64,000 bases of DNA from an uncultured Chlorobiaceae bacterium (GCA_903994635.1 CAJEXQ010000011.1:384-64383); one strand, 5' to 3'; positions 19,686 through 30,747 are shown, counted from the first letter of the stretch. Numbers and translations are program-made. The notes: a model not told the origin generated them from the letters alone.

Positions 19686-21245
19686 ATGGTCAAAAAGAAG
19701 ATAAAAGATGAGGGGCAGGAGAGGAGGTTGCAGATCGCTGGCGCTTTCGGTGAAATTGAGCAGTCAAGGATCTTTCTCGATAAACGCACGGAAAGTGCTG
19801 CTGTCAAAATGGATATCGCCGATCTTCTTAAGGATATTATCCAGAAACAGCTAAGGAAGGACTACGACCCGGAAGTTGAATCCAATATTTTCATCAACCC
19901 TGAACGCGGGGACTTTGAGGTCTATATTCTGAAAAAGATTGTTGATGAGATAGACATTGAAAGCATTGAAATTACCCTGAAAGAGGTAAGGAAAATCGAT
20001 GATTCTCTTGAAATTGGCGACTATTACGAAGAGGGACCAATCAAACTGGAAGACTATCTGAGCCGCAAATCCATACAGATAATCAAGCAGTCGGTGCAGA
20101 AAAAAGTCCGTGACCTTGAACGTCTCATTGTTTATGAAGAGTGCCTCGAAAAGGTCGGCGAGATTGTAGCCGGTGAGGTATACCAGATCCGCGCCAATGA
20201 GGTTATTTTTACCTATAACACGTCGAAGGATCACCGGGTTGAGCTGGTGTTGCCGAAGTCAGAGATGATGAAAAAGGATAATCCGCGCCGAACGCCGAGG
20301 ATGAAGCTCTATATCAAGCGTATTGAACGTGAGAAAACGAAAGTTCGGCTTGATGATGGCAGTATGGTTGAGCGAGAAAAAGCTGATGGCGGAATGAAGG
20401 TGATTGTATCGAGAGTTGATGACAGGTTTTTGTACAAACTTTTTGAGCACGAGGTGCCCGAAATTCTTGACGGCCTTATTGTGATCAAGGCCATTGCGCG
20501 GGTGCCGGGTGAGAGGGCAAAGGTTGCTGTTGAATCTACCAGTGCAAGAATTGATCCTGTTGGAGCTACCGTTGGATATCGCGGAAAACGCATTCAGAGC
20601 ATTGTCAAAGAGCTGAATAACGAAAATATCGATGTTATTTATTACGCTGATGAGCCACAAATTTATATTTCAAGGGCAATGCAGCCTGCAAAAATTGATC
20701 CACTGACGATTCATGCGGATATAAAAACCCGGAAGGCAAGGGTGATGCTCAAGCCAGACCAAATCAAATATGCCATCGGAAAGAATGGAAACAATATCCA
20801 TCTGGCTGAAAAATTGACCGGGTATGAGATCGATGTATACAGGGATGTCATCGACAAATCCACTGAAGATCCAACGGATATCGATATTATCGAGTTCCGC
20901 GAAGAGTTTGGTGATGACATGATTTACCAGCTTCTTGATGGCGGTCTTGATACCGCCAAAAAAGTGTTGAAAGCCGGAATCGATGAGATTGAACTCTCAT
21001 TGCTGGGATCGCCAAAAATTGAAGAACAGACGGTCTTTGGCAAAAGTTACAAGAGCGTAGTGAAACCGAGGGAACGAAAAGTGACCGACGAAGAAAAACG
21101 CTACTGGAAGAAGATTGCTGAGAATATTTATAAAACCGTCAAGGAACAGTTTTCTGACGCAGATCTGGAGGATCTTTTTGATGACAATATCGACCAGGCT
21201 CCAGATGAATTGGTGAAAGATGAATTATCTATTGTCATAGAGTGA
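19686..21245 (+). CDS. nusA: Transcription elongation factor NusA
   Basis: EVPEI.DG.I.IKAIARVPGERAK, IDPVGA.VG.RG.RI and AIGKNGNN KH motifs. Start placed at ATG 19686. Confidence 0.95.
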   Translation: MVKKKIKDEGQERRLQIAGAFGEIEQSRIFLDKRTESAAVKMDIADLLKDIIQKQLRKDYDPEVESNIFINPERGDFEVYILKKIVDEIDIESIEITLKEVRKIDDSLEIGDYYEEGPIKLEDYLSRKSIQIIKQSVQKKVRDLERLIVYEECLEKVGEIVAGEVYQIRANEVIFTYNTSKDHRVELVLPKSEMMKKDNPRRTPRMKLYIKRIEREKTKVRLDDGSMVEREKADGGMKVIVSRVDDRFLYKLFEHEVPEILDGLIVIKAIARVPGERAKVAVESTSARIDPVGATVGYRGKRIQSIVKELNNENIDVIYYADEPQIYISRAMQPAKIDPLTIHADIKTRKARVMLKPDQIKYAIGKNGNNIHLAEKLTGYEIDVYRDVIDKSTEDPTDIDIIEFREEFGDDMIYQLLDGGLDTAKKVLKAGIDEIELSLLGSPKIEEQTVFGKSYKSVVKPRERKVTDEEKRYWKKIAENIYKTVKEQFSDADLEDLFDDNIDQAPDELVKDELSIVIE

Positions 21246-21291
21246 ACATTGACTACAGCGTAAAGAGTTTATAAATCCAGAGGAGGATGTA

Positions 21292-24045
21292 ATGGCCCTA
21301 GAGGAGATGGAAAAGAGATATCGGATAAGTGATATAGCAAGAGAGCTGCAGGTGAGCCCGCAGGACGTATTACTTTTTGTCAAACAGGAAGGTGTCAAGG
21401 TGGCCTCTACATCCTCTATGGTCAGTGAAGAGATACACGGCTTGATATTCGGTCATTTCAGTGTTGAGAAGAAAATGGTTGATGAGACCAAAAAAATAAG
21501 GGCGGAGAAAGAGAAGCGTTTGTCGAGGCTTGAGGAGCAGTCCCGGAAAAACTATGAAAAAGAGCAGCATCTCAGCGAAACTCTAAGCCCTCCTCCAGCC
21601 CCGGTAGTGGTAACTCATGAAGGAAAGAAAGAGTTGATTTCAGTCGCAGTTACTGAGGAGATTCCGGAGTCGCTTTCACCGGCAGAAATTTCTGCTGCTG
21701 AAGATCCGGAGGTTGTGGTTGTATCTGAAGAAGTTGATTCCCCTGAAATGTCCAAGTCAATAGAGTCCCAGGAACTTTCCGTACCAGAGCCAGATCCAGA
21801 GCCAGAACCAGAGCGAAAAAAAGAGGAACCTACAGTCAACGAGCATCTTGTCTCTTTTGATGCTCCACAGATGATGGGTGGCCTTACAGTGCTTGGCACT
21901 CTCGACATACACGCTGGCAGGAACAAGAAAAACAGGAAAAAGAATTTTCAGGAGCAGGCTGAAGCCTTGAAAGACGAGTTTGAGTCCAAGGTATCAGAGG
22001 AACCCAAGGTTGAAGAGAAAGTGGTCGTTGCAAAGAAAACGGTTAAGGCCGTTGTGGAAGTAAAGCCAAAGCCTGTGGTTGCCGAGAGTTCTGCCATCAA
22101 AAAGAAAAAAGGGAAGAAGAAAAAGAAACCGGAGGTTGACGACAAGGTGATCTCTGCGAATATTCAAAAAACTATCAGTGGTATTGAGGACCGAAGCGGT
22201 ACGGGTTCACGCCAGAAATTCCGCAAGTTGCGCAAAAACGAGCGTGATCGCGAGAATGAAGAGGATGAGGCGTTTCGTGAGTCACAGCGGATGATTGTCA
22301 GGGTTACCGAGTATGCCTCTCCGCATGAACTGGCAGAGCTCATGGGAATCACGGCAAAAGATATTATCCAGAAGTGTTTTGCACTTGGCAAATTTGTAAC
22401 AATCAATCAACGGCTGGACAAAGAGTCAATCGAACTGATTGCCCTTGAATTCGGCTTCGAGGCTGAGTTTATTTCGGAGGTTGAAGCCACTGCAGTTATT
22501 GTTGCGGTAGATGCGGAAGCTGATTTGCAGACACGTCCTCCGGTGGTTACGATCATGGGACACGTTGACCACGGCAAGACCTCATTGCTTGATCATATTC
22601 GCAACAGCAAGGTTGTTGCTGGCGAATCCGGCGGAATTACCCAGCATATAGGGGCTTATGAAGTAACTGTCGATGGCAACCGCAAAATCACATTTCTTGA
22701 CACCCCTGGCCACGAGGCGTTTACCGCGATGCGGGCAAGGGGCGCACAGGTGACCGATATTGTTATTCTTGTTGTTGCTGCTGACGACAGTGTTATGCCC
22801 CAGACCATCGAGGCCATCAACCATGCGAAGGCGGCAGGAGTCCCGATTGTTGTAGCTCTGAATAAAATTGACAAGGTTGAGGCCAATCCGGAGAAGATCA
22901 AGACACAGTTGTCTGAAGCCGGAGTGCTCGTTGAAGAGTGGGGTGGCGTTTATCAGTGCCAGGAGATCTCTGCAAAGAAAGGCATTGGTATTGCTGAACT
23001 GATGGAAAAGGTGTTGACCGAGGCTGAAATGCGGGAGTTGAAGGGCAATTATTCAAAAGAGATTCCGGCTAGCGGCATAATTGTAGAATCAGAACTTGAC
23101 AAAGGCAAGGGCGTTATTTCCACGGTTCTTGTTCAGCGTGGAATTCTGAAGGTTGGCGACCCTTTTGTTGCTGGTAATACCATGGGGAAGGTTCGTGCAC
23201 TGATGGATGAACGAGGCAAGAGGATTCCTTATGCCAACCCCTCGCAGCCGGTCAGGGTGCTTGGATTTGAGGATTTACCGCAATCAGGAGATGCGCTGAC
23301 GGTTATGGTTACCGACAGGGAGGCACGCGACTTGGCGCAGAAGCGCCAGGTGATCCGCCGTGAGCATGATTTCCGTCGCAGCACGCGCGTCAAGCTCGAC
23401 AGTATTGCCCGCCAGATCAAGGAAGGGCTGATGAAAGAGCTGAGCGTCATTATCAAGGCAGATACCGATGGCTCTATTCAGGCTCTTGCTGACGGACTCA
23501 TGAAAATTCAGAACGAAGAGGTCAAGGTACAAATTATTCACCAGGGTGTCGGGCAGATTACTGAAACTGACGTATTGCTTGCGGCGGCATCCGATGCCAT
23601 TATTATCGGTTTCAGGGTACGGCCTAATGTTAACGCCAAGAAGCTGGCAGAGAAGGAAGATCTTGATGTTCGCTTCTACAGTGTCATTTATCATGTGCTT
23701 GAAGATGTGGAGAAGGCTCTTGAAGGAATGCTCTCCCCTGAGCTTCATGAGGAGAGTATTGGTTCACTTGAGATACGTCAGATTTTCAAAGTCCCCAAGA
23801 TTGGCAATGTTGGTGGATGTTATATGCTCGAAGGCAAGATGTTCCGTGACTCCAAGGTTCGCCTGCTCCGTGACGGTGTTCAGATCTACGAAGGTCAGCT
23901 CGCAGCTCTCAGGCGCTTCAAGGACGATGTCAAGGAGGTTGATGCTGGCTATGAGTGCGGCATGAGCCTCAGGAACTATGATGATATCAAGGTTGGCGAT
24001 ATTGTTGAGGCCTATAAAATCGTCGAAAAGAAACGAAAACTTTGA
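21292..24045 (+). CDS. infB: Translation initiation factor IF-2
   Basis: [24 protein letters not shown] and NKID motifs. Confidence 0.98.
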   Translation: MALEEMEKRYRISDIARELQVSPQDVLLFVKQEGVKVASTSSMVSEEIHGLIFGHFSVEKKMVDETKKIRAEKEKRLSRLEEQSRKNYEKEQHLSETLSPPPAPVVVTHEGKKELISVAVTEEIPESLSPAEISAAEDPEVVVVSEEVDSPEMSKSIESQELSVPEPDPEPEPERKKEEPTVNEHLVSFDAPQMMGGLTVLGTLDIHAGRNKKNRKKNFQEQAEALKDEFESKVSEEPKVEEKVVVAKKTVKAVVEVKPKPVVAESSAIKKKKGKKKKKPEVDDKVISANIQKTISGIEDRSGTGSRQKFRKLRKNERDRENEEDEAFRESQRMIVRVTEYASPHELAELMGITAKDIIQKCFALGKFVTINQRLDKESIELIALEFGFEAEFISEVEATAVIVAVDAEADLQTRPPVVTIMGHVDHGKTSLLDHIRNSKVVAGESGGITQHIGAYEVTVDGNRKITFLDTPGHEAFTAMRARGAQVTDIVILVVAADDSVMPQTIEAINHAKAAGVPIVVALNKIDKVEANPEKIKTQLSEAGVLVEEWGGVYQCQEISAKKGIGIAELMEKVLTEAEMRELKGNYSKEIPASGIIVESELDKGKGVISTVLVQRGILKVGDPFVAGNTMGKVRALMDERGKRIPYANPSQPVRVLGFEDLPQSGDALTVMVTDREARDLAQKRQVIRREHDFRRSTRVKLDSIARQIKEGLMKELSVIIKADTDGSIQALADGLMKIQNEEVKVQIIHQGVGQITETDVLLAAASDAIIIGFRVRPNVNAKKLAEKEDLDVRFYSVIYHVLEDVEKALEGMLSPELHEESIGSLEIRQIFKVPKIGNVGGCYMLEGKMFRDSKVRLLRDGVQIYEGQLAALRRFKDDVKEVDAGYECGMSLRNYDDIKVGDIVEAYKIVEKKRKL
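21784..21813 (+). repeat. In-frame hexanucleotide tandem repeat (CCAGAN)x5 in the infB N-domain
   Basis: ccagag ccagat ccagag ccagaa ccagag encodes [10 protein letters not shown]. Confidence 0.8.
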
Positions 24046-24063
24046 ACAGCTTATTGTTGATTT

Positions 24064-24447
24064 ATGTCGATACGTACTGATAGAGTTGCATCACTTTTGC
24101 AACAGGAGCTTGGAGCAATTCTGCAAAAGGAGCTTTCCCGCAGCGGCCCGATTATTACTGTCGTTGATGTCAGGATTACGAATGATCTGAGCATCGCAAG
24201 GGCTTATGTCTCCATTATCGGTACGGTTATTGAGCAGGCTGCCGCCATGGCAGCCCTGCGGGATAAAACAAAGAGCATCAGAAAGATTCTTTCGTCGAAA
24301 ATCAGGCACCATTTTCGGCGTATTCCGGAACTTGAATTTCATGAAGATCACCTCTATGAGCGTGCAAACAGGATTGAGCAGCTTTTGAACGAAGTGAGAA
24401 AAGGTTCTGTTGGAAATGATGAACAGGGAGGCTTGTTGCACCTGTGA
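24064..24447 (+). CDS. rbfA: 30S ribosome-binding factor A
   Basis: R..RVA, DLSIARAYVS and RRIPELEF motifs, plus synteny. Confidence 0.95.
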   Translation: MSIRTDRVASLLQQELGAILQKELSRSGPIITVVDVRITNDLSIARAYVSIIGTVIEQAAAMAALRDKTKSIRKILSSKIRHHFRRIPELEFHEDHLYERANRIEQLLNEVRKGSVGNDEQGGLLHL

Positions 24448-25214
24448 GCATGGATGAACAGCGTAACAGAGAGACACTCCCTGATGCGGGCGATTTTCTT
24501 CTTATTGACAAACCGCTTGACTGGAGTTCGTTTGATGTTGTAGCCAAAATCAGGAATACCTACAAGCAGTGCGGTCTGAAACGCAAGGTTGGCCATTGCG
24601 GGACGCTTGACCCGAAAGCAACAGGCCTGCTTATGCTTGCTACCGGACGGAAAACCAAAGAGATTGCCTCTCTTGAAGTGCTTGACAAGGTCTATGATGG
24701 CGCCATAAAGCTTGGTGCAATGACCGAAAGTCATGATTGTGAAACCGCGGAGTACGGACATTGCAATACGGATCACCTGACCGAAAAAGAGCTGAGGTCG
24801 GCAGCTTCAGCATTCATCGGTATACACCAGCAGCAGCCACCCATGCATTCGGCAGCGTGGCATAATGGAAAACGGCTCTATGAACATGCCCGCAAGGGAG
24901 TGGAGATACCGGAGCGAAAAGCAAAAGAGATTGCAATCTACCGTTTTGAAATTACCAGCATTGAACTTCCCATGGTTTATTTTATCCTTCATGTTTCCAA
25001 GGGATCCTATATCAGGGTCATTGCTCATGAGTTTGGTACCAGGCTTGGCGTAGGAGGTTATTTGGCATCTCTCAGGAGGCTCTCGATTGGTACTTGGCAA
25101 CTGAGCTCAGCCAGCACAGTCGCAGACACAGTTGAAGGTATTCTTCAGAAGGCATCAAGCACCACCCAGGGTGAAGGGAGGCAAGAGGACGCATGCGTAT
25201 TGTTGAGTACGTAA
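24444..25214 (+). CDS. truB: tRNA pseudouridine(55) synthase
   Basis: DKPLDWSSFDVV, KVGHCGTLDPKATG and SKGSYIR motifs. Confidence 0.95.
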   Translation: MSMDEQRNRETLPDAGDFLLIDKPLDWSSFDVVAKIRNTYKQCGLKRKVGHCGTLDPKATGLLMLATGRKTKEIASLEVLDKVYDGAIKLGAMTESHDCETAEYGHCNTDHLTEKELRSAASAFIGIHQQQPPMHSAAWHNGKRLYEHARKGVEIPERKAKEIAIYRFEITSIELPMVYFILHVSKGSYIRVIAHEFGTRLGVGGYLASLRRLSIGTWQLSSASTVADTVEGILQKASSTTQGEGRQEDACVLLST

Positions 25215-26155
25215 ATAACCAGGTCTACAGTTACGGTTCCTGCACTCCTGTTGATTTCAGATCCTTTCCTTCAGCAGTGACGGTAGGCTCTTATGATGGT
25301 GTCCATAAAGGGCACAGGATGATTATTGCCAGGATGGTAACAGTCGCAGAACGCCGCCGGTTGAGAAGCGTTGTCGTCACTTTTGAACCACACCCAAGAA
25401 GGATGCTCAAGGGGGGGAGGGCGGCTCCATCAGGTCTATTGACTACGCTTGCTGAAAAAATTGATCTTCTTGCCAGTGAACGAGTTGATCTTCTTTTTGT
25501 AATCCGTTTCACCCCTGATTTTGCTTCACGCAGTTCAGACGATTTTATCAGAAATGTGCTGGTCGGATTGCTCTGCGCAAAAAGCCTTATTGTTGGATAT
25601 GATCATGTTTTTGGTCGTGACAGGAGCGGAAGCCGTAAGACGCTTGAATCACTGGGGTGTGAACTTGATTTTGATGTTGAGGTTGTTGACGAAGTGTTGT
25701 ACTGCAATGAACATATCTCAAGTACAAGGATAAGGCGACTGCTTGAAAGCGGCATGATTGAAGAGGCCAATAAATTTCTTGGATCTCCATATTTGATTAC
25801 CGGCACCGTGGGCCAGGGCGACAAACGCGGACGGGAAATCGGATTCCCGACGGTGAACCTGACGTTGTCCGATCCGAACAAGCTGCTGCCCCGTGCGGGT
25901 GTCTATCAAGCTCAAACGACGGTGGACGGAGTGCCCTTAAGGGCGATGATGAACATTGGTGTCCGGCCAACGATTTCCTCTGAAGGCAGCAAAACGGTTG
26001 AGGCACACATCATTGGATATAGCGGAGACCTTTACGGATGCCTCCTCAGGTTCACTCTGATGAGGTTTATCAGGGAGGAAAGAAAATTTTCGGATCTTGA
26101 AGGGCTGAAAATCCAGCTTGAAAAAGATAAAAAAACGGTCGAGTTGTATTGCTAA
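25193..26155 (+). CDS. ribF: Riboflavin kinase/FAD synthetase
   Basis: GSYDGVHKGH, ISSTRIR, GREIGFPTVN and NIGVRPT motifs. Confidence 0.95.
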   Translation: MRIVEYVNNQVYSYGSCTPVDFRSFPSAVTVGSYDGVHKGHRMIIARMVTVAERRRLRSVVVTFEPHPRRMLKGGRAAPSGLLTTLAEKIDLLASERVDLLFVIRFTPDFASRSSDDFIRNVLVGLLCAKSLIVGYDHVFGRDRSGSRKTLESLGCELDFDVEVVDEVLYCNEHISSTRIRRLLESGMIEEANKFLGSPYLITGTVGQGDKRGREIGFPTVNLTLSDPNKLLPRAGVYQAQTTVDGVPLRAMMNIGVRPTISSEGSKTVEAHIIGYSGDLYGCLLRFTLMRFIREERKFSDLEGLKIQLEKDKKTVELYC

Positions 26156-26203
26156 TAATATTATATTGAAGGTCAACTGATTTAACATAACAAACGAAGA
26201 GAT

Positions 26204-26473
26204 ATGAGTCTGACAAAAGAGTATAAAGCGGAAGTTATCAAGCAGTTTGGCGCTTCAGAAAAGAATACCGGCAAATCAGAGGTACAGGTGGCGTTATACA
26301 CCCGCAGAATCAGTGATCTTACCGGTCATTTGCAGTTGCATCCAAAGGACAAGCATTCCCGTCGTGGTTTGCTTATGCTGGTAGCCAAACGTAAGAAAAT
26401 GCTTAATTACGTTAAAAATGTCGATATTGACCGTTATCGTAAGGTGATCGGCGAACTTGAACTTCGCAAGTAA
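26204..26473 (+). CDS. rpsO: 30S ribosomal protein S15
   Basis: TGKSEVQVA and HPKDKHSRRGL motifs. Confidence 0.98.
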   Translation: MSLTKEYKAEVIKQFGASEKNTGKSEVQVALYTRRISDLTGHLQLHPKDKHSRRGLLMLVAKRKKMLNYVKNVDIDRYRKVIGELELRK

Positions 26474-26548
26474 GAGAGATTGTTGCCTGGTTTATGCAGG
26501 GTTACGCTCCGCAGTATCTTTTAAACAAGGAATGCAGAAGGGGAAGCT

Positions 26549-27436
26549 ATGTTGGAAAGCATGACCGGATATGGCAGTGCAGAGGCTGTTGAACGCGGTG
26601 TTCGTACTCTTGTAGAGTTACGCTCGGTAAATAACCGGTTTGCTGAAATCAGTGTCAAGCTCCCCCGTCAGTTACTCTCTTTTGAACTCGAAGTCAGGGA
26701 GCAGATCCGTGCTCATTTTCAGAGAGGGAAGATATCGGCTTTTATTCAGATTCAGATTGACGAGGAGCTGCCAATCTCATTCAGCATAAATGTTGCAAAA
26801 GTAAAAGCATATAAAGAGCTGCTTGAAACCCTCAAGAGGGAGGCTGGCCTTGATACCCCCCTTCACCTTGAGCATTTCCTGAGGTTTACTGAAATATTCG
26901 ATAATGGGGCGACCTCTCTTGACAGCGCTGATCTGCGCTGGCCCTTTGTCAAAACTCTTTTGCTTGATGCCATTGCTCGTCTCAAGGCAATGCGATGCAG
27001 GGAAGGGGAAGAACTCTCTGCGGATTTCAGAAAAAGAATTGCTGAAATTGAGAGCACTCTTGCGCTTATAACGGTGCTTGCGTCTGATAATCTTGAGGTG
27101 GTCAGAAAAAGACTTTCTGCAAAAGTGGAGGCTGTTGCCGGAAAAGATTTGACCTACAGCAGGGATCGTCTTGAAATGGAGCTGGTTCTTGCTGCCGATA
27201 AACTTGATATTACGGAAGAAATCACACGCTTTGCCTGCCATAACAAGTTCTTTCTGGAAGAGTTGAGCAATGACGAGAGTGGCACCGGCAGGAAGCTGAA
27301 TTTTCTCCTCCAGGAACAGTTGCGTGAAGCAAACACCATTGCATCAAAATCCCAGAACGCTGAAATTTCCCAAAAAATTGTCCAGATCAAGGAAGATCTT
27401 GAAAAAATAAGGGAGCAACTGCAGAATATTGAGTAG
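26549..27436 (+). CDS. yicC: YicC/YloC family endoribonuclease
   Basis: SMTGYG, SVNNRF, GRKLNFLLQE..REANTIASK and REQLQNIE motifs. Confidence 0.92.
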   Translation: MLESMTGYGSAEAVERGVRTLVELRSVNNRFAEISVKLPRQLLSFELEVREQIRAHFQRGKISAFIQIQIDEELPISFSINVAKVKAYKELLETLKREAGLDTPLHLEHFLRFTEIFDNGATSLDSADLRWPFVKTLLLDAIARLKAMRCREGEELSADFRKRIAEIESTLALITVLASDNLEVVRKRLSAKVEAVAGKDLTYSRDRLEMELVLAADKLDITEEITRFACHNKFFLEELSNDESGTGRKLNFLLQEQLREANTIASKSQNAEISQKIVQIKEDLEKIREQLQNIE

Positions 27437-27467
27437 TTATACTTTCAAAAACGTAAATTTAGGTGCA

Positions 27468-27821
27468 ATGGCGGTTAACCCGGTCGATCTGAACGAATTA
27501 AGAAGTGCGCACTCGAATTTGTATGAAACGGTGGTCGCAATTTCAAAAAGAGCAAAAAAATTATACGAAGAAGAGCGTGCCGAACTTGAAGACAAGCTTC
27601 TTCCCTACAAGGAGATGATCCGTAACCCAACCAGTGAATCAGAATCGGATAAGGTCTTTCCTGAGCAGATAGCGATCAGCCTTGAATTTGAAATTCGCGA
27701 GAAATCCTCGCACAAGGCAGTAGCTGATTATTTTGATCACAAGTACGATTATACGCTGGAAAAACCTGTAGAAAAAAAGATTATTCCAACCGAAGATGAT
27801 GATGAAACTGACGGGGATTAA
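27468..27821 (+). CDS. rpoZ: RNA polymerase omega subunit (Bacteroidota/Chlorobi type)
   Basis: NLYETVVAISKRA and EQIAISLEFE motifs. Follows yicC. Start placed at ATG 27468. Confidence 0.8.
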   Translation: MAVNPVDLNELRSAHSNLYETVVAISKRAKKLYEEERAELEDKLLPYKEMIRNPTSESESDKVFPEQIAISLEFEIREKSSHKAVADYFDHKYDYTLEKPVEKKIIPTEDDDETDGD

Positions 27822-28296
27822 CCAGATTACCCTTCGGGTCAACGACTTGCGTTTGTCTGAAGAATTTTATAGTGATATTCTGGGTATAAAGCTTGATCAC
27901 AGGGTGGGTGCAAACATCTCATTTCTTCGTATTAATTCGGATATGTTGGTGCTCGTGAAGGCTGAAACACCCGGTTTGCCGGGCGCAAGGGATATCAGGG
28001 TTGACCATTTTGGTTTCAGGCTTGCTTCAGATGCTGAGGTTGATGGCGCGGCCCGTTATCTTGACGACAAAGGGGTTCATATTGTTACCCGTCCAGCCCA
28101 TCGGCGGGAAGGGAAAGCCTTCTTTGTTATGGATCCCGATGGCAATCTTGTAGAGTTTTATTCCATGCATGAGAGTGGCATACTGCCTGACAGTCCAGAT
28201 ATAGACCTTTCCTCTCCATGTTCCAGAGCTGCCGGAACTCATACCGAAAATGCAGAAGAGAGGGCATCAAAAAAGCCCCGCCGTTCCAGAAAATAG
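27796..28296 (+). CDS. VOC/glyoxalase family protein
   Basis: INQITLRV.DL..S..FY..ILG, VDHFGF and DPDGNLVE motifs. Confidence 0.88.
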   Translation: MMMKLTGINQITLRVNDLRLSEEFYSDILGIKLDHRVGANISFLRINSDMLVLVKAETPGLPGARDIRVDHFGFRLASDAEVDGAARYLDDKGVHIVTRPAHRREGKAFFVMDPDGNLVEFYSMHESGILPDSPDIDLSSPCSRAAGTHTENAEERASKKPRRSRK

Positions 28297-28324
28297 GTTT
28301 CAGGCCTTGGCGCCGCAGAGAGAT

Positions 28325-29059
28325 TTATCGTTGCTGAAGCAGTCGTTCGGCTGTATTAAGCTGTTCCGGGGTGTTGATGCCGAGAATTTCATCAGGGTTG
28401 TCTGTTTTCCAGGCGCAAACCCTCTCGCCATTTGCAAAGCAGATACTAAATACATCAGTCAGATAGTACTCTTTTTGGGCGTTGTTCGTGTTGATCTGCC
28501 CAAGAGCCTCGAAAAGCAACCTTGCATTGAAAACGTAAACGCCGGAATTGATCTCCCTGACGGCAAGATTCTCTGCGGCGGCATCCTTCTGTTCAATAAT
28601 TTTCAGAACGCAGTCACTGTTTTGCTGTCGAATAATTCTTCCGTAGCCATCCGGGTCATCCAGCACTGCGGTCAAGACGGTTGCCGCCGCATGAGTTGAA
28701 CGATGAAATGAAATCAGCTCCTGCAGAGTTGTGGTTTTGACCAATGGAGCATCTCCAGACAGGATGAGCACTTCGCCCTGAAAATCGCGGAGTTTGGCCC
28801 CTGCCTGCATGACAGCGTGACCGGTTCCCAGTTGCGGTTCCTGAAGTGCAAGCGTTACCTGATATCGGGCGACAGCTTTTTTGACCAGCTCAGCCTGGTG
28901 CCCTACAATCAGTACGATTTCTTCGGGGAGAAGAGAGCTGGCGGTATCGAGAACATGGTCGATAAGAGAACGCCCATTGGCTTGATGCAGCACCTTTGGA
29001 AGGTCTGAATGCATTCGGGTGCCTTTTCCGGCAGCCATGATAATTATTGCAAGCGCCAT
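28325..29059 (-). CDS. glmU: GlmU-like uridyltransferase domain only (UDP-GlcNAc pyrophosphorylase)
   Basis: AAGKGTRM.S.LPKVLH, QLGTGHAV, GYGRI, EINSG and NAQKEYYLTD motifs. Ends at 244 aa with no hexapeptide domain. Confidence 0.85.
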   Translation of the reverse strand: MALAIIIMAAGKGTRMHSDLPKVLHQANGRSLIDHVLDTASSLLPEEIVLIVGHQAELVKKAVARYQVTLALQEPQLGTGHAVMQAGAKLRDFQGEVLILSGDAPLVKTTTLQELISFHRSTHAAATVLTAVLDDPDGYGRIIRQQNSDCVLKIIEQKDAAAENLAVREINSGVYVFNARLLFEALGQINTNNAQKEYYLTDVFSICFANGERVCAWKTDNPDEILGINTPEQLNTAERLLQQR

Positions 29060-29100
29060 TGATCAGATCAGACAATATGATTGGGAATATTGGGGGTTAA

Positions 29101-29487
29101 TTACAGTAACTGCTCAGCTTCTTCGCCTACAAGATGCCTGCTTTTTGGGTTATTTTTCTTGTCGACAATAAGAATCAAAGGTTTATGATTTCGTGCTTCA
29201 GCCTCTTCCATGACAGCAAAGGTCATGATGATGATCTCATCTCCAACAAGAGCACACCGGGCAGCAGCTCCGTTGAGCTGAATCTCCCTTGAGCCTTGCG
29301 CCCCTTTGATAATGTAGGTTTCAAACCTTTCACCGTTATTGTTGTTGACAACAAGAACTTTTTCGTTAGGAATCATATCGACCATTTCAAGCAGCTCATT
29401 ATCAATGGTGATGCTTCCTTCATATTCGAGATCTCCGCTTGTTACGACAGCGTTGTGGATTTTGGACTTCAGGACGTGTAATTTCAT
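29101..29487 (-). CDS. panD: Aspartate 1-decarboxylase
   Basis: [13 protein letters not shown] (G-S cleavage site), NGERFETY and LNGAAAR motifs. Confidence 0.97.
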   Translation of the reverse strand: MKLHVLKSKIHNAVVTSGDLEYEGSITIDNELLEMVDMIPNEKVLVVNNNNGERFETYIIKGAQGSREIQLNGAAARCALVGDEIIIMTFAVMEEAEARNHKPLILIVDKKNNPKSRHLVGEEAEQLL

Positions 29488-29503
29488 GAACAAAAGAACT
29501 TCA

Positions 29504-30052
29504 TTATTGTTGTATAAATGCCTCTCCGCTTCCCCGGAAAATCCGGTACTTTTTCAAGGCTTGATCACTCTCAAAACCCTCTCCACGAATAGTCTCTCCT
29601 GGCCTGGTAATGGTAACAAAGCGGTCTGAACGTATCATCTTCTCTTTGGCGCTTGTTGTGACATACTCAGTTGTTATAACTGTTTTTTCGGCGGATGTCA
29701 TCACAACCTTGCCCATAGCCTCAATATCCTGATTTTCGTGAATAACAGCTTTTTGAGCTGTTATGATTGTTGCTGGACGGCCTTTGGCATCAAAGAGGGT
29801 GACTCTTATACCTCCGTCAAGATGATGTTCGCTACCACTTCTGGTTCTGTACTCCGCTCCGTGTCCTGCCTCAACGATACCGCGTCTAACCCCGGAATCG
29901 GTAAGAGCAATTCTGTTTGTCCAGCTCTCCTGGACAAGATGATCGAGACCGGCAGAATCAGTTCCGGAAGAACTGCTTTCTGTCAATGGAGCACCACATC
30001 CAGCCGCTACAACCAGAAGGAGAGGAAAAAAAAGAACGACAACTCTTTTCAA
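29504..30052 (-). CDS. lptC: LPS export periplasmic protein LptC-like (lipoprotein)
   Basis: Lipobox-like AAGC and beta-jellyroll-type ITAQKA...SDRFVTI...G.GFESD motifs. Confidence 0.7.
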   Translation of the reverse strand: MKRVVVLFFPLLLVVAAGCGAPLTESSSSGTDSAGLDHLVQESWTNRIALTDSGVRRGIVEAGHGAEYRTRSGSEHHLDGGIRVTLFDAKGRPATIITAQKAVIHENQDIEAMGKVVMTSAEKTVITTEYVTTSAKEKMIRSDRFVTITRPGETIRGEGFESDQALKKYRIFRGSGEAFIQQ

Positions 30053-30062
30053 ATCGTGACCA

Positions 30063-30611
30063 TTACTTGCTATTCAGCTTGTCCAGCGCTTTAAAGGTAA
30101 GATCATTTTCAGGAGCAAAATAGACTGTCGCGTTTTTTTCAAGTACAACCGAAAACCCTTCTTTTTGGGCAATTGATTCAATTGTTGCGACTACTTTCTG
30201 ACGAATCGGTGCGAATACCTCTTGCTGTTTCTTTTCAAAAACACCATTCTGTTCCTGCTGGAATTTTTGCAGAGCCTGACCCTTGATGTTCAGCTCTTTC
30301 TCCCGAAGCTCTCTTGATGCTGGTTTCAGTGAAGGCGCCTTCTTTTTGTATTCAGCAACCGCATTCTGAAGCTCAAGGTTTTTGAGCGAAATTTCTTTCT
30401 GCAGCGTAGCGGCTGTTGCTTGTAACGTGCTCTCCGCCTGTTTTGTTTCAGGAAGTTGCTGCAGGATTTTTCCCGAATCCACAACACCAATCTTGTTTGT
30501 TTCAAGTGCAGCGAATGACGGAGAGGCCACAAAAACCATACCCAGCACAACTGCCACGGTGACACGGTGAGTAACGGCCATAAATTTTCGAGAATGATTC
30601 ATCAATTTCAT
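30063..30611 (-). CDS. skp: OmpH/Skp periplasmic chaperone
   Basis: Signal peptide, KIGVVD, long coiled coil and A..EGF..VL...DLT C-terminus. Confidence 0.88.
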   Translation of the reverse strand: MKLMNHSRKFMAVTHRVTVAVVLGMVFVASPSFAALETNKIGVVDSGKILQQLPETKQAESTLQATAATLQKEISLKNLELQNAVAEYKKKAPSLKPASRELREKELNIKGQALQKFQQEQNGVFEKKQQEVFAPIRQKVVATIESIAQKEGFSVVLEKNATVYFAPENDLTFKALDKLNSK

Positions 30612-30747
30612 GGGTCATATTTAAAGTGTTATTGAAATCGGTACTGGAGAATGTAAAAGCTGCCGGTGTTAACGTCCAAAGGTAATAATTCCCCTGTAAA
30701 AAACTATACAAAGCTGAAAAACCCCTTTTTTTGAAGGTGCAGGAGGC

